Assembly: GCF_963921235.1 (NCBI RefSeq)
Contig: NC_086097.1
Span: 121,026,001 to 121,090,000, forward strand
Source: Mobula hypostoma
Taxonomy: Eukaryota
Length of the DNA stretch: 64,000 nucleotides
Direction of reading: 5' to 3'
The notes beneath the pieces were generated by a model. It saw only the letters and a program-made list of their open reading frames with translations. It was not told the DNA's origin and ran no database searches. The position numbers were made by a program, and so were the translations under genes. Below, one piece after another: positions 24,685 to 38,300 of this stretch; positions within the stretch are counted from its first letter, which is position 1; every line of letters begins with the position of its first letter.

Positions 24685-25760
24685 GCACTCAGTGGCCATT
24701 TTATTAGGTACACCTTTACACCTTTGCAGTTTTGGTCCCCTAATCTGAGGAAAGACATCTTTGCCATAGAAGGAGTACAAAGAAGGTTCACCAGATTGAT
24801 TCCTGGGATGGCAGGACTTTCATATGAAGAAAGACTGGATGAACTGGGCTTGTACTCGTTGGAATTTAGAAGATTGAGGGGGGATCTGATTGAAATGTAT
24901 AAAATCCTAAAGGGATTGGACAGGCTAGATGCAGGAAGATTGTTCCCGATGTTGGGGAAATCCAGAACGAGGGGTCACAGTTTGAGGATAGAGGGGAAGC
25001 CATTTAGGACCGAGATTAGGAAAAACTTCTTCACACAGAGAGTGGTGAATCTGTGGAATTCTCTGCCACAGGAAACTGTTGAGGCCAGTTCATTGGCTAT
25101 GTTTAAGAGGGAGTTAGATATGGCCCTTGTGGCTACAGGGGTCAGGGGGTATGGAGGGAAGGCTGGGGCTGGGTTCTGAGTTGGATGATCAGCCATGATC
25201 ATAATAAATGGTTGTGCAGGCTCGAAGGGCCGAATGGCCTACTCCTGCACCTATTTTCTATGTTTCTATGTTTACACCTGCCCATTGATGCAAATATCTA
25301 ATCAGCCATTCATGTGGCAACAACTCAATGCATAAAAGCATGCAGACATGGTCAAGAGGTTCAGTGTTATTCAGACCAAATGTCAGAATGGGGAAGAAAT
25401 GTGGTCTAAGTGGTTTAGACCGTGAAATGATTGCTGGTGCCAGAAGGGGTGGCTTGAGTACCTCCTGGGATTTTCACACACAAGTCGCTCAAGTTTACAA
25501 AGAATGGTACAACAAAAATTCGGTGAACGGCAGTTCGGTGCTTGAAAACACCTTGTTAATGAGACAGGTCTGAGGAGAATGGCCAGACTGTTTCCAGCTG
25601 ACAGGACAGTGACAGTAATGTGTTACAACAGCGGAGTTCAGAAGAGCATTTCTGAATGCACAACACATCGAACTTTGAAGTAGATGGGTTACATCAGCAG
25701 GAAACCACGGATATACCCTCTGTGGTCAGTTTAGTAGACATAGGAGGTGCCTAATAAACT
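24685..25760 (+). mobile_element. Tc1-like transposon remnant split by a CR1
   Basis: TIR cactcagtggccattttattaggtacacc; RMGKKCGLSGLDREMIAGARRGGLS (Tc1 HTH N-terminus). Confidence 0.82.
24724..25270 (+). mobile_element. CR1 3' fragment, same family as the full-length copy at 39021
   Basis: 151-aa ORF nearly identical to the C-terminus of ORF 41625-43304; TSD TTTACACCT at 24715-24723 and 25271-25279. Confidence 0.95.
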
Positions 25761-26331
25761 AGGTACAGAAGGCACTGTTATGTTTTGTAACTCCAAAACA
25801 TAAAACTGATTAAAAGAAAAACACAGAGCCGAAAGATACGTGTCTTACTTTTGTTTTTTTACTTTAGCGAGGTGCGCACATATGAGGTGGCAGCGTAATG
25901 ACATATGGCAGTGCTTTTATATCTAACCCATCATGAATTCTGTAAAAAACAAGGAATGTCTAATCAAACAATATATTTACAATATTAATCAAACATTCCT
26001 GAAATATTAAATACACAAACATTCCTCCCTGCTTAGCTAGAAACTCCAACTGAATATAAAATGCATCTCACTGTATACACATTATACTATATAATGCTAT
26101 TACTATATAAACATTCACAGCATAGTAAATTTTAAACTGTCCCATTCAGCGCTAAGTATTTAAATGCTGTGGAGGATTTCTTACCAGTGGGATGAAGTCT
26201 TTCCTGACGGGGGTGGTCACTCTGCTTGGCAGGTGAGACTTTTGGCTGTGAAATGATCTGAAGTCCTGGGGCCTCCTCTGTGGTGGTCATAGGAGTTGAC
26301 TTTGGGACTGTAGGAAGTGGTTCTGACAGCT

Positions 26332-26960
26332 CTGGTTAGCCATGGCTGTGTCATCTTTCCTTAGAATACTTCTTCCTCTTTGGGATGTGTTTATCCTGTG
26401 CCTTCTGATTTGCTTCAAGAAATCCCGGCCATTGTTGCTCCACCATCATTCCTGCCAGTGTCCTTTTCCAATCTATTCTGGCCAACTCTTCTTTCCTGCC
26501 TCTGTAATTTCCCTTACTCCACTGTAATACTGATACATCTGACTTTAGCTTCTCCTTCTCAAATTTCAGGGTGAATTTGATCATATTATGATTACTTTCC
26601 CCTAAGGTTTCTTTTACCTTAAGCACTCTAATTAATTCTGGTTCATTACACAACACCCAATCCCAATAGTTGATCCTCTAGTCGGCTCAACTGCAAGCTG
26701 CTCTAAAAAGCTATCTCATAGGCACTGTAAAATTTCCCCTTCTTGTAATCCAGCACCAACCTGATTTTCCCATTTTACCTGCATATTGAAGTCCCCCATG
26801 ACAATTGTAACATTGCCCTTTTCCATGCATTTTCTATCTCCCATTGTAATTTGTAGGCCATATCCTTACTACTGTTTGGAGTCTGTATACAAGTCCCATC
26901 AGGGCCTTCTTACCCTTATGGTTCCTTAGTTCTACTCACAATGATTCAGTGCCTTGATAT
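26332..26960 (-). mobile_element. CR1 endonuclease-region fragment inside the Gypsy element
   Basis: ETLGESNHNMIKF..WSKGNY..ELARIDW; VMGDFN motif. Confidence 0.8.
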
Positions 26961-27198
26961 GGATCATAATGTGTGAATACAGTGTCTGCCATCACCATTT
27001 CCTTTACCTTTTGGAAAGCCACCTCACACGGCTTTGTACACTGCCATTTCTTCCCAATCTGTAGTAATGAGTTTAAGGGGTGGAGCACAGTCACCAGGTT
27101 GGGAAGGAACCTGTTCTAGTAATTGATAAACCCTAAAGGGGACCTCAACTGTGACAAATCCTTTGGCCTTAATGCATCTATCACAGCTTGAATTTTCG

Positions 27199-27265
27199 GC
27201 ACAGACTAGAAGGGCCGAGGTGGCCTGTTTCTGTGCTGTAATTGTTATATGGTTATATGGTTATA
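27199..27265 (+). mobile_element. Extremely 5'-truncated CR1 tail
   Basis: gcctgtttctgtgctgtaattgttatatggttatatgg; flanked by duplicated tgaattttc. Confidence 0.75.
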
Positions 27266-30200
27266 TGAATTTTCACAGCACACTTGTGTCATCCTTGTGC
27301 AATGATGAAATGCTCGGTTTAAAAATTCACACGTGTCATGCTCTGAGCCCATAATCTTCTTATCCTTTTAACACCATCTTGAGATTTTGGAGATGTTCCT
27401 TGTCATCCTTACCAGCATAATGATGTCATCCAGGTAACACTGAGTGGCTGGACAGCCCTACAGCACCTGGTCCATAGCTTTCTGCCAGAGTGCAGGTACA
27501 GACTCTACTCCAAAAATAAGCCTATTGTGATGATAAAGTCCTTTGTGAGTGTTTATAGTGAGGAACACTTTGGACTGTTCTTCCATTTCCATTTGTATTA
27601 GGCCCAGGTAAGTTCACTTTGCTGAAGTATTTTTCTCTAGAAAAGTTTGCCAGGAGATCTTCTATCCTGGATAGAGGGTATTCATCTACTTTTAGCACTG
27701 TGTTGATGGTGACTTTAAAATCAACCAGAGATCCTGACAGACCCATTCTTCTTGGCTACTATGGCCAATGATATTGCCCTTGGGCTCCACTCATTCTTGG
27801 AAAGAAATCCTTCTACTTCAATGTAATCTCGCACACTGGCTAATTTATCACAGATGGTCTAAGGAACCAGATGGGTTTTGTAAAACTTGGGTGTAGAATT
27901 TTAATTTAAAAATATTTTACCCTTGATATGTTTGAGTTTTCCTGTGCCATCCTTGAACACTGCTTTGGCATCATCTATTACCTTTACCATACAAGCCCAT
28001 TGTGACTTGTTGGATATTGCATTTTAAATGTTATGACTGTCATTCCCACATGACTTATCTTTTCTGCGGTATAAGTTCTTAGTTGAATATCGGCAGGCTT
28101 CAGTTCAGTATCTTTAAAATATCACGCAAACTCATTTTGTGCAACGAATGAAACAGTAAGCCAGTGTCCAATTCCATTTTAACTGATTTGCCACTCACTT
28201 CTGGTGTAAGTAATATTGCTTGTCTATTGTTAGTTTTCTCATTGTAAATCTCAGGCTACCCAGTCCTGTGTCATTCTTATCATTATCTATTTTCCACCAA
28301 CAGCACACAGATTCGTGCTCTTTTTGAAATGGCAACTTGGCTTTTTATCTTTTTTCTCATCCCTGTGCAGTCCATTTATTTTTGTCTGCCTGACATGATT
28401 TTTGTATGTGTCCTACTTTGTTGCATTATCTACAAGTTTCACCTTCAAACTTGCATTGGTCTGGTGTATATGAGTCCCTGCTACAATGGTAACACAATTA
28501 GTGCGGCCAAACCTGTTTCTGTTTAGAAGTTGCAATTTTGTTCACACTCACTTTCATTTCTGACTACAGCTCAATAGTATCTCTATTTGCTGTTTCCATG
28601 GATACAACAATTTCAACTGTTCTTTTAAATGTGGGTTTTGCTTCAGTTGGGGCCATTTTTGAATACTTTCCTGTAAGATTCCACAAACTATATGATCTCT
28701 TAAAGCATTCAACTGACAATGCTCAGATACCTTCTTGAATTTAGCCATGTATGCAGAAACGGTCTTACTTTCCTTTTGTTCTGCAATCAACAATGTTTTT
28801 GGTTCTAAATGTTCCTGCATAACTTTCACAATATCATCAAAGGTCATTTCAGCTGGTTTTACTGGAGCAGCCAATCTTCTAAGCAAACTGTATTCTTTCT
28901 TACTTAATGCACTCAGCAAAACTGCCAATCTCTTTTCATTAACTGTTTTGTTTGCTTCAAAATACTGCTCAATTTGCTCAGTATACATCAACTAGTTAAT
29001 CTCTTGTGCAACCGAACACATCTATCTTTCCGATGTAGGTGTCCATTTCTGATTTTTTAAAATATATTATTATTATCACTCATTGTTTATGAACCCATAA
29101 GTTTCATCCATCTTTTGCTTTATTTTTAACTCAAACATCTCACTGTACTTCAACTGGTAGGCAGTTGTCTTGGCTTTGTTTTAAACCTTACTGATCATCA
29201 CTCCAAAACATAAAACTAATTGAAAGAAAAACAGAGCCAGGAGATATATGTGTTGGCTTCATTTTTCACTTTTGCAAGGCACAAATATATGACATGATAG
29301 CATAATGACATGTGCCATTCATATACTTTTATTTATAACCCATAATGAATTATGTAAACAACAAGGAATATTTAATCAAACAACATAACCTACAATATTG
29401 TTCAAATGTTAGTGAAATATTAAATACACAACATTTAATGAAGTGGCCACTGTGTATAATACTATGTATCTATTTTCATCATTAAATAATATATATTTGG
29501 ACCAATATAATATACACACAGTGGCCACTTTATTAGGTACAGGAGGAAACTGATGAGATGCATATATGGGATGATCATTGCCAGTTCAGGAGGTAAAAAG
29601 GTGTGAAATTGGAAGACCACAGGCCCAGTCACCATGCTGGAAAGAACTCCTTGTTTAAGGAAAATGGAGGTGAAAGGCATTGGGGTCCAAAGTGTTATCC
29701 ACAGAGCCAACAATACTGAGCTGACACTTAGGAGATGCACTCTACTGAGTTACAAGTTCATGTTCCTCAACAGCTGGGCTTGAACAAGGAAACCCAGATT
29801 ACTTCTGTACAAATACTAAATACAGAATTAAGAATCAACTAGGGATTAAAGCAACATACTTGCTAATTGGTTCAGATGTGCCAATTATAGACTTCGTTAA
29901 TTGTATTTGCTAACTCTAGTTAGGCTTTATGATCTACTTTATGACAGGATTCATTTTTAAGTATTTCCTCATTCCACCAATATTCAAAGGGCACTGGGTA
30001 CTAAGTGGAGCAATGTATAATGGCAGATTGCAGAATTCATTCCCGGTCACCATTCTTATTTTATACACCTTTGTTAAAATTTTTAAAAATCTTGGAACAA
30101 CAGGTGAACATAGTTTTATAAACCCATCAAAACAGCAGTTTGTGTATCACCAGCAGGACTAGATCTCTTTATAATCTCCTTCCACCCAAATCATGGGACA

Positions 30201-31504
30201 GAAGCTAACTTCAAAATTCCACTGCTTCTGTGACACAATACTTCAGCACGGTCCAGAGATCAAACTAATCCATATTCACTGTGTGTGTAAGGATTCTGAT
30301 ATCTTGGAGGGCTTAAGTATTTTATAAAACAAAGTAACCTTTCATTGGACAGATGAGATTTTCATTTCAGATGAATTCCCATCAACCTACAGAGTCTATT
30401 GTATTACACAGTTCCACACAAATAAGCAGATACACAAAATCTCCCTCTCATTGATCAGAAATGGTATTTCCACAAGATTAGCAGCTGCATTACATGAAAA
30501 TTCTTTGTTTAACTATTTATTTAAAAGCATATATTTCCTCCAGAAGTAATCCTGTTAAAACTTTCCGGAAAGAAACAGCAGACTCCAGGTTTAATTGCAA
30601 TTTGAAACAGCACCGAATTTAACGATCTCCTTTTCAAAATGAATTACCTTGTCACTGGAATCTAGCAAAGCAAAGAACCCAGCCAAGTACTTGGGTTACC
30701 AGAAAGAAGAAATACAGACCATTATTTTTCCTGCATTGGAAGCTTAGAAATTCGAGTGTTAATTGTGTTATTCTGTGAACTATTAGGTTATTTGATTTGT
30801 CTTTTCGGGACAGAGGTAAGAAGCTAAATAAAGTTATAATGTACATTCTTTTGTTCAACATCTCATAAATGTATTGCAGTAATGATTATAAACACCAGAG
30901 AGATTCGTAGATTTAATAGCAGGCAAAATGAGCGCTATCCATTTTCCTCCACAGAGCTGAAATTCAAGCTTCTATAATAATTCAATATTTCTTTTCCCGT
31001 CTTTCTAAGGAGACAGATTATGCTATAGGATTTTCACCTCCAAAAAAATCTCATCAACCTACAGGGTCTATTGTATTACTCAGCTCCTAAGAGATCAGTT
31101 AAAAGAGTTTGCTAGTCTACTCATGATATTTCTATTTCCTTTGGCAGCATAATGCAATTCCTGTACTGAATTTTGCACTATTGTTTATACCCAAAGGGAT
31201 TGACCAGCTGAACAAACGTTTCTTCTTGGACCAGAATCTCCTTTCTTCATCCACTGTGAAAAGATGTTTCAGATAGCTTCCACATGGCACCAGAAGAACT
31301 TTCCTTTAAGACTGCAGAGAACTGCAGTTAATTATGACAGCATTTCCTACAATATCATCTGCTAAACATTATTAGGGAAGTCTAACTTGTGCTGTGGGGA
31401 AAAGCCAAGAGTTTATATTGAGCACGTTGTTGCCAATATTACCTCCAACGCACTTATAACATCACAGAGTGAATTCAATGCTAGAATAAAAGCATGTTTA
31501 TATG

Positions 31505-32090
31505 CATTCAGTGGCCACTTTTTTAGGTCCCCCACCTCCCCGCCCGGTATCTCACGAAGTGGCTACTGAGTGTACGCTTGTGGAATTGTGCTGCTGTAGA
31601 CCACCCACTTCAAGGTTCAGTTTCTGAGATACTCAAACAACCCTGTTTGGTGCCAAGAAGAGCATTCAAAGATGTTCTGCACACCATTGCTGTAATCCGT
31701 GGTTATTTGATTTATTGACAGCTTGAACCATTCTGGCTACTTTCCTCTGACCTCTCCCACTAACAAGGTGTTTTCACCCACAGAACTGCTGCTCACTCAC
31801 TTCTTTTTTTTCCGCCATTCCCTAAAAGCTCTGAAGACTGTTATGGGTGAATATCCCAGGAGGTCAGCAGTTTCTAAGGTACCCAAACCAACCCATATGG
31901 TACAAACAGTCACTCCATGCTCAAAGGCACTTAGATAACATTTCTTCCCAATGTTGATATTTGGTCTGAACAACAAATGAACCTCCTGACCATGTCTGCA
32001 TGCTTTTTTTGCATTGAGTTGCAGCTATGTGATTGGCTGATTAGATACTTGCATTAACAAGCAGGTGTAGCTAGTAAAGTGGCCACTGAG
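31505..32090 (-). mobile_element. Tc1-like remnant
   Basis: cattcagtggccacttt..taaagtggccactgag TIRs; interior homologous to 51238-51795. Confidence 0.78.
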
Positions 32091-32732
32091 AGCGAATTGT
32101 TTTCCAGTGCCTTTCTGATTGCGACAGTACACTTTGCAGCCAAAGATTAGAAATACAACATAGTGTAGAGTATGTTGGGAGAAAACTCCCAAATAATCTA
32201 CTTTCAGTTTTGTTGAATGAGGAACAAATACTGTCTATGTCAAAGATAACACCTCTAATCTTCCTCAAAATAATGTCAGTGAATCTTTCTGTTGACCTAA
32301 GAGAAAAGACAGAACCATAGCTTTTTCTTTTATTGGAAAAATGGCATTTCCTACACCGCAGAATTCCTTCACTTTTGCACCAAGTATGAATTTGCTCAAG
32401 TAAATGAAGGTTGATTGGAAGCCCTGACACCAGAGCATCGAGTCTCCGAACCTCTGCAAGTCTACTGGGAAAAGTCGAAGGCTCAATGTCAGCGAATCCA
32501 CAATTCCACCAGCCTGTCGTGGAGTTAGAGGACTGTGTATGTGTATGGGAGGGTGATTGGGAGGGAGGGAGGAATGGGTCTTGTTCTGCTGCTTTTGCTT
32601 TGTTGCTTGATATGTTCATTTTGTTGTTTTCTGTGTTGTTCTGCTGAGTATTGTGGGCATGCTATATTGGCACTGGAATGTGTGGTGACACTTGCAGACT
32701 GCCCCCAGCACACATTTGAGTTTACCTATTTA

Positions 32733-33090
32733 GTTACTGCCCATTGCACCGCTGGCACTTAGGACAGCAATGAAGGTCCTCCATCTCTATCTGTCCTTGG
32801 CCATCTTCCCTCTTGTGTCCCAGGAGTGGTTCAGGGTCATCAAGTTGTCCTTGGTCTCCTGCATCCCTCCGCCCATCAGGTGTTCAATGATGATGGAGTT
32901 GGCTCCTCTTCTCAACACATGCCCAATCCATCTCCTGCATTTCCTCATGATGATCGTGGCCATGTCCTCTTGATGACATAGAAGGAGTAAGGTGTGGTTG
33001 GAGATCTTTCTTGGCCAGAAAATACAGAGGATCTTCTGGAGGCGCATCGTGTGGAATGACGACAGCTTGGCAAGGTCACTCTCTGTCATA
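32733..33090 (-). mobile_element. RTE-clade LINE 3' fragment (second family)
   Basis: LSSFHTMRLQKILCIFWPRKISN..RRWIGHVLRR. Confidence 0.8.
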
Positions 33091-33432
33091 GATAGATAGA
33101 TAGACATACTTTATTGATCCCAAGGGAAATTGGGTTTTGTTACAGTTGCACCAACCAAGAATAGAGTATAAATATAGCAATATAAAACCATAAATAAATA
33201 ATTAAATAATAATATGTAAATTATGCCAGATGAAAATAAGTCCAGGACCAGCCTATTGGCTCAGAGTGTCTGACCCTCCAAGGGAGGAGTTGTAAAGTTT
33301 GATGGCCACAGGCAGGAATGACTTCCTATGACGCTCAGTGTTGCATCTCGGTGGAATGAGTCTCTGGCTGAATGTACTCCTGTGCCCAACCAGTACATTA
33401 TGCAGTGGATGAGAGACATTGTCCAAGATATC
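33088..33432 (-). mobile_element. Rex1/Babar-type 3' fragment with (TCTA)n tail
   Basis: gatagatagatagacatactttattgatccc tail; gtttgatggccacaggcaggaatgacttc. Confidence 0.6.
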
Positions 33433-33702
33433 AGCATTCTGACCCGTACAGGAGTGTGGGTGGAACTCAGCTCCGCTACAGTTTCATCTTTGGCTGTGTT
33501 GATGGTTAACTCAAATGACACATTATACTGTGCGTTTCGAGGTACTTGTGACAAATAAATCTGAATCTGAATCAGAGATGAATCCAAAACTTTCTTTTTT
33601 GTTGCATGAATGTTAGTTTTTAAAAAATTACAGTTCTGAGTGAAATACATAGCTTAGAAGGATTATAAAATATATTGCATGTTGTAAAATGCTTGTGGAT
33701 CA

Positions 33703-34245
33703 CACACTCAGTGGCCACCTTATAAGGTACCTCCTGTACCTAATAAAGTGACCACTAAGTGTATGTTTGTGATTTTTCGCTGCTGTAACCCATCCACTTC
33801 AATGTTTGACATGCTGTGGGTTCAGAGATGCTCTTCTGAACACAAGAGACATGTGCTTCTTTAGAGTTCATGCTGTCTTCCCGGCAGCTTGACCAGTCTG
33901 ACAACTCTCATCTGACCTCTCTCATTAACTAGGTGTTTCCACCCACAGATCTGCTGCTCATTGGATTTTTTATTTGGTTTTTACACCATTCTCTGTAAAC
34001 TCTAGAGACTATTGTGTAGGAAAATCCCAGATCAGCAGTTTCTGAGTTACTCAAACAGCCCCATCTGGCGCCAATAATCATTCTACAGTCAGATTATATT
34101 TCCTCCCCATTCTGATGTTAAATCTGGACAACAACTGAAACTCTTGACTGTGTCTGCATGCCTTTGAGTTGCCATCACATGATTGGCTGATTAGATATTT
34201 GCATTAACGAGCAGCTGTACAGGAGTACCTGATAAAGTGACCATG
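33703..34245 (-). mobile_element. Tc1-like non-autonomous element
   Basis: cactcagtggccacc.tataaggtacc and gtacctgataaagtgacca termini; Tc1 N-terminal coding remnant on the minus strand. Confidence 0.8.
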
Positions 34246-34879
34246 TAGTTTTCCCATTTCGTTGACACCAATAAATTTAAGTCGTCATGATTTTGCAGTG
34301 CAGCTATTATGTTTAAAAAAGAAATGGACCTTGTTTAAAATTATCAAGGGGAATTATGGAGCTCCACATTTTCTTGCCTTTAGTCCCACAGCTACAAAAG
34401 CAAGTGAAGGACCCATGGCAAGTGAGAATCCTCAATGTACAAGATTCAGAAACAACTTAAAAAACAATTATTAATTAAGATTTGGGCACATCGATCTCCT
34501 ATTCACATGCTACAGCAACTATAATAATGAGGGACAAAGAAACCTGAGGTGAATATGCCTCTTTGTCTGTTTCTTATTTGAATCACTTCTGAGGGGTGCT
34601 TATCACAACACCAAGTGCTGACTCCTTTCAGTCTAATCTCCCTCCAAAGTCAGATTTAATCTGACCTTTTCTAATGGGTTTTGCAGAACAGACAGCGAGG
34701 CTCTGGGAGACTTGAGCTGATCAGATTCAGTAGTAAAAGGCCCTGTAAACACAGTTTACCTCCTGTATTAGTCATTAAAAACTCAGGTTGCTGCTCAGCA
34801 CAATGCAGCCATCTGGCTGCTCCTTTATCACCTTGCCCTAGCCAACAAACTTTCAAGCATCAGCTTTATTCAGGATATT

Positions 34880-35005
34880 TATTTTTATTTTATTTAGAGA
34901 TACAACATGGCAAAGGCCCTTCCGACCCAATGAGCCACGGCACCCAGCAACCCACTGACTTAACCTTAGCGTAATCACAGGACAATTTACAATTACCAAT
35001 TAATT
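34880..35005 (-). mobile_element. V-SINE 3' part (continues at ~44393-44430)
   Basis: Reverse complement of the V-SINE tail; continuation ctactag..tgggaggaaa..agagc after the nested block. Confidence 0.65.
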
Positions 35006-35100
35006 TTCTCACTGTTACCATCAGGTAGGAGATACAGAAGCCTGAAGGCACACACTCAGCGATTCAGGGACAGCTTCTTCCCATAGAACCATAGAACACT

Positions 35101-35346
35101 GGGGAGGGAGGGATCGTCAACTCAGGCCAAAGAGGAACATGTGGCCAAGTGGTTAAGGCATTCATCTAGTGATCTGAAGGTCATCAGTTTGATCCTTAGC
35201 TGAGGCAGCGTGTTGTATCTTTGAGCAAGGCACTTAACCACACATTGCTCTATGTGAGGACTGGCGCACCACACAGTCTTTCGTTCCGTGCCTTGTAAGG
35301 CATGAAAATGCCCGACGCTGGCCTCTTGAGCCTGAGTCGACGATAA
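35101..35346 (+). mobile_element. tRNA-derived SINE with CORE-like centre, inserted in the CR1-A tail
   Basis: A box TGGCCAAGTGG, B-box-like GTTTGATCC, tgagcaaggcacttaacc core; TSD AACACT at 35095-35100 and 35347-35352. Confidence 0.75.
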
Positions 35347-38300
35347 AACACTACAGCAAAGAAAACAGGACATTTGGCCCTTCTAGCCTCTGCCGAAACT
35401 TTATTCCGCTAGTTCCATTGACCTGCACGCAGCCCATAACCCTCCAGACCTCTGCCATCCATGTATCTATCCAATTAATTCTTAAAACTTAAGAGTGAGC
35501 CTGTATTTACCACATCAGATAGCAGATTGTTCCACACTCCCACCATTCTCTGAGTGAAGAAGTTCCCCCTAATGTTCCTCTTAAACCTTACCCCTTTCAC
35601 TCTAAAGCCATGTCCTCTCATATTTATCTCTCCTAATCTAAGTGGAAAGAGCCTACTCACATTTACTCTGTCTATACCCCTCATAATTTTGTAAACCTCT
35701 ATCAAATCCCCCCTCATTCTTCTACGCTTCAAGGAATAAAGTCCTAACCTGTTCAATTTTTCCCTGTAACTCAACTCCTGATGACCCGGCAACATGCTAG
35801 TAAATCTTCTCTGCATTCTTTCAATCTTACTGATATCCTTCCTATATTTAGGTGACCAGGACTGCACACAATACTCCAAATTTGGCCTCACCAATGTTTT
35901 ATACAACCTCACCATAACATCCCAACTCCTATGCTGAATACTTTGATTTATGAATGCCAGCATGCCAAAAGCCTTCCTTACAACCCATCTACCTGTGACG
36001 CCACTTTCAGGGAATTATGTATCTGAACTCCCAGATCCCTTTGTTCCTCTGCACTCCTCAGTGCCCTACCATTTACTGTGCATGTCCTACCTTGATTTGT
36101 CCTGCCAAAATGCAACACCTCACACTTGTCTGCATTAAATTCCATCTGCCACTTTCTGGCCCATTTTCCCAGATGGTCCAGATCCCTCTGCAAGCTTTGA
36201 AAGCCTTCCTCGCGGTCCACAACGTCTCCAATCTTAGTGTCATCAGCAAGCTTGCTGATCCAATTTACCACATTATCATCTAGATCATTGATATAGACAA
36301 CAAACAACAATGGTCCCAGCACAGATCCCTGAGGCACACCACTAGTCACAGCTCCAGTCTGAGAAGCAATCATCCACTACCACTCTCTGTCTTCTCCCAC
36401 ACAGCCAATTTTGAATCCAGTTTACAACCTCTCCATGGATACCTAGTGTCTGAATCTTCTGAACTAACCTCCCATATGGGACCTTGTCAAAGGCCTTACT
36501 AAAGTCTATGTAGACAACCTCCAAAGCCTTTCTGTCATCTATTTTCTTGGCAACCTCCTCGAAAAACTCTACAAGATTCGTTAAACACGATCTACCACGC
36601 ACAAAGCCATGCTGACTATCCTTAATCAGCCCTTGGCTGTCTAAATACTTGTATATCTGATCTCTCAGAACACCTACTACTGATGTCAGGCTCACCGGCC
36701 TGTAATTACCTGGTTTACCTTTTTAAACAATGAAACGACATGAGCTACCCTCCAATCCTCCAGCACCATACCTGTGGCTAAGGACATTTCAAATACTTCT
36801 GCCCCTGCAGTTTCTACACTAGTCTCTGTCAAGGTCCGAGGAAATATCATGTCAGGCCCAGAAGATTTATAGACCTTTATTCGCTGTAAGGCAGCAAGCA
36901 CCTCTTCCTCTTTAATCTCTATGTTCCATGACACTACTGCTTGTTTCCCTTCCTTCCATATACACTACACCAGTTTTGTGAGTAAATACTGATGCAAAAA
37001 AAAAACTGTTTAAGATCTCCCCCATCTCGTGAGGCTCCACTCATAGACAACCACTCTGATCTTCTAGGGGACCAATTTTGTCCCTTACTATCCTTTTACT
37101 CTTAACATACTTGTAGAAACCCTTTGGGTTTACCTTCACATAATCTGCCAAAGCAACCTCATGTCTTCCTTTTGCCTTCCTGATTTCCTTTTTCAGTATT
37201 TTCTTACATTTTCTATACTCTTCAAGTACCTCATTTGTTCCTTGTTGCCTATACCTGCTATACACCTCTCTCTTTTTCTTAACCAGATCGCCATATCCCT
37301 TGAAAACCAAGGTTTCCTATGCCTGTTAACATTGCCTTTAATCCTGGCAGGAACATGCAAACTCTGCACTCTCAAAATTTTGCCTTTGAAGAGCTTCCAC
37401 TTACTGAACACATCCTTGCCAAAACACAATTTATCCTAATCCACTCTTCCTAGATCCTTTCTCATCTCCACAAAATTGGCCCTTCTCCAATTTAGAACCT
37501 CAACTCCAGGACCAAACCTATCCGTATCCATAATTAACTTGAAACTAATGACATTATGGTCACTGAACCCAAAATGTTTGCCTACACATACTTCGGTCAC
37601 CTGACCTGTCTGGTTCCCTAATAGGAGATCAAGTATTCCATCCTCTCTCATAGGTACCTCTATATATTGATTTAGAAAACTTTCCTGAACACATTTGACA
37701 AACTCCAAGCCATCTATCCCTTTCACAGTGTGGGAGTCCCAGTTAATATGTGGAAAATTAATTATTACAACTTTCTACTACTATTACAACTTTCTGTTAC
37801 TTACATCGGTCTGCTGTCTCTCTACAGATTTGCTCCTCCAATTCTCTCTGACTATTGGGCAGTCTATAATACAACCCTATTAGTATGGTCAGCCCTTTCC
37901 CATTCCTTAGCTCCACCCATATGGCCTCTGTAGACAAGCCCTCCGGGCTGTCCTGTCTACGCACAGCTGTGATATTTTCCCTGACTATTAATGTCACTCC
38001 TCCCCCTTTCATCCCTCCTCCTCTATCACGCCTGAAACAACGGAAACCCGAAACATTAAGCTGCCAGTCTTGCCCCTCTTGCAACCAAGTCTCAATAATA
38101 GCAATAATGTCGTAATCCCACGTGCCAATCCACGCCCTAAACTCATCGGCCTTACCTACAATACTCCTTGCATTGAAATGGATGCACCTGAGAACATTTC
38201 TATCACAGACAAACCTTTGATTTCTGTCTATAGATGCAGTCCTTGTATGACCTTTATCCTCCTCCACCTCACTACCTGCTCTAACACTCTGGTTCCCCTC

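Larger units (their letters stand above)
25776..29433 (-). mobile_element. Degraded Gypsy LTR retrotransposon with both LTRs (25776-26021; ~29200-29433)
   Basis: Direct repeats actccaaaacataaaact...gaaatattaaatacac(a)aaca; polypurine tract (agggaggaa on -) next to 26021; gag MYTEQIEQYFEAN..LLSAL; RT DFKVTINTVLKVDEYPLSRIEDL and YLDD region ~27425. Confidence 0.9.

Noticed and set aside
32071..32619. 182-aa minus-strand ORF
   Set aside because: It spans a repeat, unique DNA and a Tc1 TIR; no recognisable domain; likely chance.
35135..35215. tRNA-like A/B boxes
   Set aside because: This is a SINE head; it has no complete cloverleaf.
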